A DNA stretch of 64,000 nucleotides from a virus (Duplodnaviria; Caudoviricetes). The stretch spans positions 1 through 64,000 of IMG/VR virus record IMGVR_UViG_3300033121_002354; one strand, given 5' to 3'. A model generated the notes under the pieces. That model was not told the DNA's origin. It worked only from the letters and a program-made list of their open reading frames with translations, and made no database searches. Of this stretch, positions 34,485 through 42,945 are shown one piece after another. Both the position numbers and the translations under genes were made by a program. How positions within the stretch are numbered: the first letter of the stretch is position 1; the number at the start of each line of letters is the position of its first letter.

Positions 34485-35582
34485 GTGCAGTGCAACTATC
34501 ACCTTTATCTTAATAACACTGGCTATTCTTGTTCATCCCAAGACTATTTAATAGCGATTTTACAAGCTAATCCCAGCTTGGATTTGAGAATAAAAATAAT
34601 TAACAACAGGATTTTGGGAGTTTCCCCAGAAAGAAATGATCTATTTTTAAAATTATCACAAAAGGAATTGTCAGAGGAACATGCATCAATTTATCACTGT
34701 ATTCCTACGGCATATCCAAAAGATGACAAAAGCAAGGTAAAAATAGGTTTCACTGTTTACGAAACCATTGATCCGCCCAAAGAATGGATACACGAAATGA
34801 ATAAGATGGATTTGATTATTACTCCATCTCATTTCAATAAAAATGTGTTTGTAACAGGGGGACTAAAAACAAAATGCGAAGTTGTGCCACACTGTTTCAA
34901 TCCTGCATTATTTAATGACGAAGTAAGGTGCAATGGCAGATATAACAAGTTTACTTTTCTATCTATGGGGACGTTTCGAAAGAGAAAGAATTTTGATCTT
35001 TTAATAAACGCATTTTATGATGGGTTCACTAACAAGGATAACGTGTGTCTTTTGATAAAGACTGATAAAGGCAAACAGATGGGGCATTTGGTTAATTCTA
35101 TTAAGGCAGATAATTACAAAAGTAAGGATACTGCTCCAATTTATGTGGATGATGAAATACTGGACTTTGAAGACATTCCATCTTTTATGAAGAAGGCAGA
35201 TGTATTTGTTTCACCTTCGGCTGGAGAGGGTTTTTGTCTGCCAAGTATGCATGCTTTGGCTCTCAATATTCCAATTATAGTCACAAAATATGGAGGAGCC
35301 TTAGAATACGCCAAACCAGAGTTTAGCACCTACTTTATTCCGTATGGATATACCAAAAAACCAGTTTTGGATGGCTTTCCTCAGTTTGCTAACAAAATAT
35401 GGCCCGACATTAAAGTGTCAGAAGTAAGAGACAAAATGCTGTTTGCCTATCATTCTTTATCAGCTCTACAAAAAATCACGAGAGATGGATACCAATTTGT
35501 ACATGACCACTTTAATTACAAAATTATTGGGCACAGATTTGTTAACGTAGTTGAGGAAACAATTAATGCACATATCTCTTAA
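34485..35582 (+). CDS. GT4 glycosyltransferase
   Basis: RKRKNFDLL; DVFVSPSAGEGFCLPSMHALALNIPII; GTATAAT-N5-GTG start. Confidence 0.9.
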   Translation: MQCNYHLYLNNTGYSCSSQDYLIAILQANPSLDLRIKIINNRILGVSPERNDLFLKLSQKELSEEHASIYHCIPTAYPKDDKSKVKIGFTVYETIDPPKEWIHEMNKMDLIITPSHFNKNVFVTGGLKTKCEVVPHCFNPALFNDEVRCNGRYNKFTFLSMGTFRKRKNFDLLINAFYDGFTNKDNVCLLIKTDKGKQMGHLVNSIKADNYKSKDTAPIYVDDEILDFEDIPSFMKKADVFVSPSAGEGFCLPSMHALALNIPIIVTKYGGALEYAKPEFSTYFIPYGYTKKPVLDGFPQFANKIWPDIKVSEVRDKMLFAYHSLSALQKITRDGYQFVHDHFNYKIIGHRFVNVVEETINAHIS

Positions 35583-36633
35583 TCCGCCAAGCGGTTTAGA
35601 TAATTCCTATTTTGATGTTGAATTCACTATAAATTTCGACAATTCTCTAAAACATAAACCGACAAAAATTAAGTTGTTCAACGAAATTCAACAGCTTAAC
35701 ATATTAGCCACGAATAATTGTGTAATTAGAAATAACGAAATTGTTTGTGATAAAACTCCATCAATTTTGTCTGGGTATATAAACCTTTTTAACGATGACA
35801 AAATGAACCAAAAACTGTCCACATATGTAAAAATGGCTATAAAATGTACAGTTGATGATCTAACCACTAAAGAAACTTTTACTAGCGACACAGTGTTTTA
35901 TAACGAAAGCTTTTCTGTAGATCAACAAATATTGCCATTTTCGTTAAAAGTCCCCGAAGAAACTGATTTTACCGAAGACATTTTGATCACTATTACTACA
36001 GACAAAGAAATGAAACTCCATTTACAACTAGAGTCTGCTCACAAAGAGTTTGATTTTCATGTAGTAACCAAGAATGGTACTACTGACATAAAAATTCCTA
36101 GAGAAATGATTTTTCATGAAATAATTACTGATGAAAGTGAAAAAATATCTTTTAACTATCTTAAGGAAAGCGGGATTACCCCTTTTAACACTGTAAATAG
36201 AAAAAAGATAAAAATCCCAAATTGCACAACCAAGGTAGTCAGCACAAATCTTGTGTTAAACCCACAAACTAGAAAAGGACCATTAGGCAACGATTTAGAC
36301 GAAACAGAATTTATTCTAAGTGACAGATATTTTGTTCCGGTTATCAAGGATTACACAAACCTGAAAACGCCTGTTAAAAACATAAAAACTATTTATGGCA
36401 ACATTTTTAAAAATGAGATCTTAGAAACACAAAATACCGATTTAATGCCAGAGCCAACAAAAAATAATACTAAGCCCATAATAAAGAGCGAAGATAGTTT
36501 CTTTAAACACGTTTTTAACACTTACAATTCAAAGTCGAGACAGGTTTCTCCTCAGCAAGCCTTAAAACTTGATAAACCCGACACACATACAGGAGACTGT
36601 GGATGCAAACGAAAAAAGACCCAATTGTCTTAA
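35551..36633 (+). CDS. Hypothetical beta-rich protein
   Basis: 360 aa; C-terminal GDCGCKRKK; likely start at the internal MHISL. Confidence 0.65.
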   Translation: MRKQLMHISLNPPSGLDNSYFDVEFTINFDNSLKHKPTKIKLFNEIQQLNILATNNCVIRNNEIVCDKTPSILSGYINLFNDDKMNQKLSTYVKMAIKCTVDDLTTKETFTSDTVFYNESFSVDQQILPFSLKVPEETDFTEDILITITTDKEMKLHLQLESAHKEFDFHVVTKNGTTDIKIPREMIFHEIITDESEKISFNYLKESGITPFNTVNRKKIKIPNCTTKVVSTNLVLNPQTRKGPLGNDLDETEFILSDRYFVPVIKDYTNLKTPVKNIKTIYGNIFKNEILETQNTDLMPEPTKNNTKPIIKSEDSFFKHVFNTYNSKSRQVSPQQALKLDKPDTHTGDCGCKRKKTQLS

Positions 36634-37457
36634 ATGAAACTCAAAAAACGTTGTTTGACAGATTGGCATCCGTAGCACCAGTTTATGCATATGGACCATA
36701 TCTACAAAACATTTTAAAGGGTCTCCCAAACAAGTATCAACCCGTATCTTTGAATCTGATTTCTCCTCAACGACTGGATGAAGAAACGTCGCAATTAATT
36801 GAAAGCAAGTTTTCTCCATTATTTTCTCCAGTCAAAAACGACAGCATGTATTTCTTTTATCACGAAGGCATAAACTTTGTGTGGCTTTTTATGCCAGATT
36901 TTAATCCAAATATCATAAACACTCAAAATGGTATTACAATAGACCAGGTGTTTTTAAACTTAAACACTTATTCTTTGTTGGACCCAACCAGTGCAGGCAT
37001 CTCTGATATAAAAAACGATCCAATCATTATAAGGACTACAGCAGCAAAAGATAAGTGGGACAACGATTTGGTTGCCAATATCCTTATTAAGATAAGTTAT
37101 TTCCAAAAAAGCGAAGTGTCAGAAGAAGATTTGAAAATTATAAATAATATAGACAACTTATCTATACCAGATCTATCAGTCATATTGTGGATGCCATACC
37201 CTTCTAATACTATAAGATTTTTGCTTAATAATACAAAAAATGGCATGAACACAATATTTGATTCATTGTTGCGTTTGGCTCCCAACCTAGAAGTTGCTGT
37301 TCCAGAAACAGTATCTCCTAAGCAGGTTTTTTCACCTAAAAATCTTAAATTATTAGATGTTTACATAGATTATTTTGAAAATCAAAAAGTAGCACTCAAA
37401 AATAATCACAGAGAAAAAACCTTGCTAAAAATTCTACTACATGGGGAAAAAGTTTGA
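36603..37457 (+). CDS. Degenerate CCA-adding enzyme / poly(A) polymerase head-like protein
   Basis: VYAYGPYLQNILKG and GITIDQVFLNL....LLDPTSAGISDIKN..IIIRT track class II nucleotidyltransferase motifs, but catalytic residues are replaced. Confidence 0.55.
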   Translation: MQTKKDPIVLNETQKTLFDRLASVAPVYAYGPYLQNILKGLPNKYQPVSLNLISPQRLDEETSQLIESKFSPLFSPVKNDSMYFFYHEGINFVWLFMPDFNPNIINTQNGITIDQVFLNLNTYSLLDPTSAGISDIKNDPIIIRTTAAKDKWDNDLVANILIKISYFQKSEVSEEDLKIINNIDNLSIPDLSVILWMPYPSNTIRFLLNNTKNGMNTIFDSLLRLAPNLEVAVPETVSPKQVFSPKNLKLLDVYIDYFENQKVALKNNHREKTLLKILLHGEKV

Positions 37458-40400
37458 GCTGCATAGACCAATGTACAGTTGGACAAATATGCACGCAAAC
37501 ATTTCCGCCCAAATGTTCTCCATTAGTTAATCAGTCGTGCATGTCATCGTGCCTGAGTTTGATACAAACTCCACCGCCAGGAACCGGTCCATTTGGACCG
37601 CCGCCAACTCCACCGAATACACCACCTCCACCTGCAGATTATTGCAGTGGCACATGCAACTGGGAAATTCCAACATGCCTAGACAATCCTTTTGATAGCA
37701 GCACAACAGGATCTTCAAGCACAGCCAGTTCGTGCGTAGCAGAAGAATGCAGTTCGGGCTGTTGTTGCTGTGATTCGCTTGTAGTTGCTGACATAATTAA
37801 ACCGCGTTGTTATGACAGAGTAACTGTTTCTTGCAACTCTGACGGAACAGCTACAGGTGGCCCAAATAGCGTGCCATTCCCGTTGAGTTGCGACAGTTGT
37901 TTCGAAGCGTGCGATTTAATAATTAATGATCCAAATGGGTGCAGCAAACTTTCTACACTTTCATGGTGGGATTTAGGAAATACCAGTTGCTCTTGCGAAT
38001 GTAAGAATTTATCTGTTGTTGATGGCTGCTTATTGCATTGTGCTTATTGCGGGAAATGCGATGCTGAAATCACTATACAGAATAGCCCATGTGAATATAA
38101 GCTAATAGTATCTCCAAGCTCTGACTGTTGCACAGACAACAAAAAAGAAACAGTACAGATAATATTTTTTAACGTGGGCAGTTATAACAATTCGGTTTCT
38201 GGACCAGATCCATTAGTTAAACCAGAAGAGATTCTTCTTTTTCAGCAAAAATTATCAGAACTTAGAACTATATGCACGAATAACGGGATAAACATTTATG
38301 GAGATAACGGTCTACAAGATGGCATAACTAAAGGCAGAGCTTTTTGTGATCCTGGTCCGTGCTGTCCAGATGCTATATATGCAAACGAAACAGAAGCTGC
38401 AGCTTATATAATGGGCAATTTGCAAGCCGTTGAACCACCACAAAGAATAGAAATTGTCATTCTTGTACACGGATTTATTTCAGATTCTTCACAAGATGCT
38501 TGTACAGACATAAACTGGCCTGGATATCCTTCTGACTTCTTTAAATGTCTAGAAACACATAATGCAAAAATATCCACTATTGAATTTAACCGGAATATGA
38601 CGGATTCGTATTTCTCTTCTTTACCGCAAAATGTTGGAGCTAATGAAAATTGTGGCTCTGGAACTATGGGATATCAAAATTGTCGCCCTTCCAGTTTCTG
38701 GCCATCTGACAAGGTAATTGGAAGCATTGCTGCGGGTCCAACAGAGGACCAGTATGATGAATTATGGGCATTAATTACTAGACAAAAACCAATTACTAGT
38801 TGCGACTGTATTGATTCAGAGCCAAAAGTTTTCACTTTTGATAAAAAAGATTGCTCCCCCCGCACTTTTGATGTATGCGGAACAACGATAGTCATTGACA
38901 CCGAAGATATAAACATGGTTTGTTGTGAAGATATCGGCTGTGAATGTTCACAGCCATGTTGTACACCACCACCAAATAGCTGTGCTTGTGGCACAAATTG
39001 CACGGAAGTTTGTAGTAATGGGACAAAACTTTTTCCAAGTTTGTCTGCTGCTATAGAAGCAGTATGGGGAGAATGCAAGTCAAATGCCATTAGCGAAGAT
39101 GATAATGGATGCATAAAAGTCAGAATGAACTCTAATATTGTACAGATTTGCAAAGCTGATATTGAAGCACAAGTAACAGCAGCTTGGTTAGAATGTGAAG
39201 AATGTACTGGTCCTGACTGCGGATCGTGTATCGGTCCAGATTGTCCGTGTCCACCTGGAAATTCTGATTGTAACGGTCCATGCACAGGACCAGATTGTCC
39301 TGATTGTCCCGAAGGAGATCCAGATTGTAATAACTGTACTGGTCCAGACTGCAATAATTGTGATGGGCCAGATTGCCCAGATTGTCCACCTGGAGATCCA
39401 GATTGCAACACCTGTATTGGTCCAGACTGTGATATACCAAATGGACCCGGACCAGATGATGATTGCATAGGGACCAATTGTGATGGTTCTGGTTCGAATC
39501 CTCCACCTAACTTAGTGTGTACTGCAGATGAAACAATCAGTCCGAATGACGACTGTTTTTCTGTTAGACATCCTGATGTTGTTGTTCTAAATAACGGAAT
39601 TGGATTGGTTGCTTTTGAAGATGATTCAGATCCTTCTGTCATAAAAATAAAGCAATTTAAAACAAGTATCGAAAACAAGGTGCAGGCAAACCGTACATTA
39701 AGATTTGGAAGATTACAAAATCCATCAAAATGGATTATTACACAATCTGGACTTTATAGGGTAAAACTTTACCTATATGAAAATATAAGCAATGTTCAGG
39801 TTGGAGATGGGATTTTCTTTTTCAACGGACCATTAGCCAAACAAGCGTTTATCTTGACCACTGTAAGCAGTGACTCTACTGGAGACTATTTAGAATTCAG
39901 TATCAATCCAACAAATGGTTTTGAGTTTAGTGGTAGCTATGAATCTAAAACAGATGACAGATATGATGTACAATGGATAACTTACGACCAGAATGACACA
40001 GGACTTATTGGAGACAGACCACTTCCGACTGGGGTCGAGGCAGATTTGGACGCCACAAAAGAAGATGTGGATTCAATACTTATATTGCCTCCCCATTACT
40101 TTGATGGCAAGAAAGTTCCAGTTGCATATCCAAGGATTACGAACAGCGATAACTACGATAATAATTCAGAAAATTCACAGTTTGTGTATGTTGCATATCA
40201 AGCCTTAGAAAATAAAACATGGAGAATATACTTAAGGCAACTTCGATTGTCAGAGTTTAAAAAGTCAGCAGATGTACTACTAACTTCTGACAACATTTCC
40301 AGTGTAACACCAGAAAATACAAACGAAATCGTTTGGACATGTAAGTCAACATGTATAAGTTATGATTGCGAATCAGAAACTAAAATTGCCACCATTACTT

Positions 40401-41671
40401 CGGTATGGACTGCAGCCACGACGGAAGGCATTGACATATACAATTGCGACTTAAGAAGTGGTGAAAACTTTTTCTGCAATCAATCATTTGAAAAAAACAA
40501 ATTAACCATTTTGGTTTCTCAGACAACAGTTTCTACAGAAAAATGTCCAACTTCTAAAAATCTTCAAAAATGGAACAGAGAAGATACAGTTTCTACGCCT
40601 GTACCAGAGTTTATTTCAGACACAGACCAAAACGAAATAAGCAATTGGGCAAATAGCCATTTCAATTTTGGCGTTACTTCAAGCGAAAATGTAACGATCA
40701 ACTCTTTAAGATGTCAACTTTTATATTCTCAGTCACAAACTGGTGGCTGGTGTACATTCAAAAATGAAATAATAGGTACTCTTAATCAATATAAGGGCTT
40801 GTATGTTTCTGATCCGATTTTAATATCGTCACCAAACCAAAACAGCATTCATCCCAAGATAAAAATAGACTATCTTAACAGGCTTTTTATTTCTTATTGT
40901 GAAGTTTCTGGAAATGATCAGGACATCATTGTAGTAGGTACAAATACTCCAGAAAATGTGTTGCCTATAGGTACTGATTTTAGGCGAAAAAGCGACTTTT
41001 TGGGATTTGATAGTGAATTCAAATTCTTTTATGACAAAACTGATTTCACTTATCGAAGAAGAGTTACTTTGGGTGGACTAAACCAATATCCTGATATGTG
41101 GATTGACCTAAACAATGTTGTGCATATAGTTTGGCAATCCAATGTTGATCTCGACTGGGAAATCTATTATGCAAATTCGGATGACGAGTTTACTCCAGAA
41201 AGAATAACAAAACAACAAAGCAAGTCTTTACGTCCCTCAATTACGGGGGATAACAGCGGCAATCTAGTCATTGTATGGCACGATGATAGGTTTGGTGTCT
41301 GGGAAATTATGGCAGCAGTCAAGCCAGGATCTCGTATTAGACCACTATACCAACAAAATGAATACATAGCCTCGATGATTAATAATTATCAACACACAAT
41401 AGATTATGTGCCTTTTACAATAACTAATGATACTGATTCAGTAATGTGTTTCACTGATTTATATGTTTCATTTTATCAAGATCGCACACTTACAATTGGA
41501 CCTTTGTTAACTGTACGTAAATCTGATTTTCCTTTTGCATTCTCTGTTGTTTCTAGTGATCCAACTTATCCTTCTGTGCCAGACAAAATTTGTTTGCAAC
41601 CGGGTGAGTCAATCAATTTGCAAATGACATTAACTCCAGAAATTTTTACTAGTGGAGTAATTAGTCCATGA
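37454..41671 (+). CDS. Very large protein: Cys-rich N-terminal half, beta-propeller C-terminal half (probable virion surface protein)
   Basis: CxGPDC repeats; HIVWQSN...WEIYYA and VIVWHDDRFG.WEI blades. Confidence 0.75.
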   Translation: MSCIDQCTVGQICTQTFPPKCSPLVNQSCMSSCLSLIQTPPPGTGPFGPPPTPPNTPPPPADYCSGTCNWEIPTCLDNPFDSSTTGSSSTASSCVAEECSSGCCCCDSLVVADIIKPRCYDRVTVSCNSDGTATGGPNSVPFPLSCDSCFEACDLIINDPNGCSKLSTLSWWDLGNTSCSCECKNLSVVDGCLLHCAYCGKCDAEITIQNSPCEYKLIVSPSSDCCTDNKKETVQIIFFNVGSYNNSVSGPDPLVKPEEILLFQQKLSELRTICTNNGINIYGDNGLQDGITKGRAFCDPGPCCPDAIYANETEAAAYIMGNLQAVEPPQRIEIVILVHGFISDSSQDACTDINWPGYPSDFFKCLETHNAKISTIEFNRNMTDSYFSSLPQNVGANENCGSGTMGYQNCRPSSFWPSDKVIGSIAAGPTEDQYDELWALITRQKPITSCDCIDSEPKVFTFDKKDCSPRTFDVCGTTIVIDTEDINMVCCEDIGCECSQPCCTPPPNSCACGTNCTEVCSNGTKLFPSLSAAIEAVWGECKSNAISEDDNGCIKVRMNSNIVQICKADIEAQVTAAWLECEECTGPDCGSCIGPDCPCPPGNSDCNGPCTGPDCPDCPEGDPDCNNCTGPDCNNCDGPDCPDCPPGDPDCNTCIGPDCDIPNGPGPDDDCIGTNCDGSGSNPPPNLVCTADETISPNDDCFSVRHPDVVVLNNGIGLVAFEDDSDPSVIKIKQFKTSIENKVQANRTLRFGRLQNPSKWIITQSGLYRVKLYLYENISNVQVGDGIFFFNGPLAKQAFILTTVSSDSTGDYLEFSINPTNGFEFSGSYESKTDDRYDVQWITYDQNDTGLIGDRPLPTGVEADLDATKEDVDSILILPPHYFDGKKVPVAYPRITNSDNYDNNSENSQFVYVAYQALENKTWRIYLRQLRLSEFKKSADVLLTSDNISSVTPENTNEIVWTCKSTCISYDCESETKIATITSVWTAATTEGIDIYNCDLRSGENFFCNQSFEKNKLTILVSQTTVSTEKCPTSKNLQKWNREDTVSTPVPEFISDTDQNEISNWANSHFNFGVTSSENVTINSLRCQLLYSQSQTGGWCTFKNEIIGTLNQYKGLYVSDPILISSPNQNSIHPKIKIDYLNRLFISYCEVSGNDQDIIVVGTNTPENVLPIGTDFRRKSDFLGFDSEFKFFYDKTDFTYRRRVTLGGLNQYPDMWIDLNNVVHIVWQSNVDLDWEIYYANSDDEFTPERITKQQSKSLRPSITGDNSGNLVIVWHDDRFGVWEIMAAVKPGSRIRPLYQQNEYIASMINNYQHTIDYVPFTITNDTDSVMCFTDLYVSFYQDRTLTIGPLLTVRKSDFPFAFSVVSSDPTYPSVPDKICLQPGESINLQMTLTPEIFTSGVISP
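39193..39490 (+). repeat. Coding repeat region (C-x-G-P-D-C and P-x-G-D-P-D-C)
   Basis: Recurrent GGTCCAGATTG/GACTG units encoding CTGPDC, CIGPDC, CDGPDC. Confidence 0.85.
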
Positions 41672-42945
41672 CTAACATAACTACCACTACACAGTCAGGA
41701 TATGCTCCTTTAAGCGTTAGTTTTACTTTTACAACTAACAAAACTGTGTCTGCATCTTTATGGAATTTTGGAGATGGAGAAACAAGCACCGAAACCAATC
41801 CAACTCACTACTATACTTGTCCTGGCATTTATTCTGTGTCTCTAGTCATAAATTCAGGTACAGTTGATGAGGACAGCAGTTTTAAAAGCAATTTAATTAT
41901 CGTTTTACACCACAGTCCAACGATGCCAAATGAATCTTGTTGTTTAGGGCCATACGAAATTGATTGCATTGACTGTACATCTGGATCAGGTACTCAGTTT
42001 GTTGACTCAACAAAACTTTACAGAACGTGTAAAAATGTTTCATGTTCTAAAACCTGCCAAGAGATTTATGGCGATATCTACACAATCATAGATGATAATG
42101 ATAACTGTCCTTCTTGCAAGGAATGTTATTTAGAGCACAAAACAACATTAGGCAGAATTTATACAGTAATTCCATCTGCTTGTTCAGTATTTATAAGTGG
42201 ATATGACTTCTCACAGGACTGTGGAGAATGTCTAGGACAAGCTGAAGAGTTTTGTTTTAGTATGGATTTATGTGAACAAAACAGTTCATGTGCAACTATT
42301 TTCTCTTTTGATAATCACACTTTCTCAATTAGAGGTACTAAATCTACATGTACAGACGGATTTGATTGTGGAGATTGCTGGATAGCTCCTAATGCTTTCT
42401 CAGAGAGTGTTTTTGGAAACGTGCCATCAACATCGACCTGTATAGATGAAGAAGAAACAGCCACAACCACCACAGAGACCAGTCCAGACATTTTGTGGCA
42501 CAACATACCATCTGGGGATAGCGGAATAGGAGTTGATTGTAATGCTGAAAACGAAATAACATCAGCATCAGAAGCACAAAGTCAACAACATCCCGTTATT
42601 GACACAATGCCATCTGGCGATGCAATCATTGCATTCGAGGAACGAGTAGACGGAGCTATCAATAAAATATCTTTATCTGAAATAAAAACTACCGTAAAAA
42701 ATTCAGTGTTAGCTTGGAGATCTCATAGTGGTGGTACGCTGGTAAATCAAGGTTCTTTAAGTGGAATAATTACATTTAGAATATACGAAAAAGCAAAAGT
42801 AGAGGTTGGACACGGCATAGGATTTTTAAGTGGTCCATTGGCCGGAAAAACTTACGAAGTTCTTTCTGCTACACAGGTATGGGATGAAAACGATTTTTAT
42901 TGGGAAGTAACATTTAATTCTGACAACCCGTTAGGAGATTCATAA
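41668..42945 (+). CDS. PKD domain plus Cys-rich protein
   Basis: GYAPLSVSF...WNFGDGETSTETNPTHYY..PGIYSVSL canonical PKD. Confidence 0.8.
   Translation: MTNITTTTQSGYAPLSVSFTFTTNKTVSASLWNFGDGETSTETNPTHYYTCPGIYSVSLVINSGTVDEDSSFKSNLIIVLHHSPTMPNESCCLGPYEIDCIDCTSGSGTQFVDSTKLYRTCKNVSCSKTCQEIYGDIYTIIDDNDNCPSCKECYLEHKTTLGRIYTVIPSACSVFISGYDFSQDCGECLGQAEEFCFSMDLCEQNSSCATIFSFDNHTFSIRGTKSTCTDGFDCGDCWIAPNAFSESVFGNVPSTSTCIDEEETATTTTETSPDILWHNIPSGDSGIGVDCNAENEITSASEAQSQQHPVIDTMPSGDAIIAFEERVDGAINKISLSEIKTTVKNSVLAWRSHSGGTLVNQGSLSGIITFRIYEKAKVEVGHGIGFLSGPLAGKTYEVLSATQVWDENDFYWEVTFNSDNPLGDS

Noticed and set aside
38674-39678. 334-aa antisense ORF with QSGP repeats
   Set aside because: It is the reverse-complement shadow of the CxGPDC repeat coding strand.
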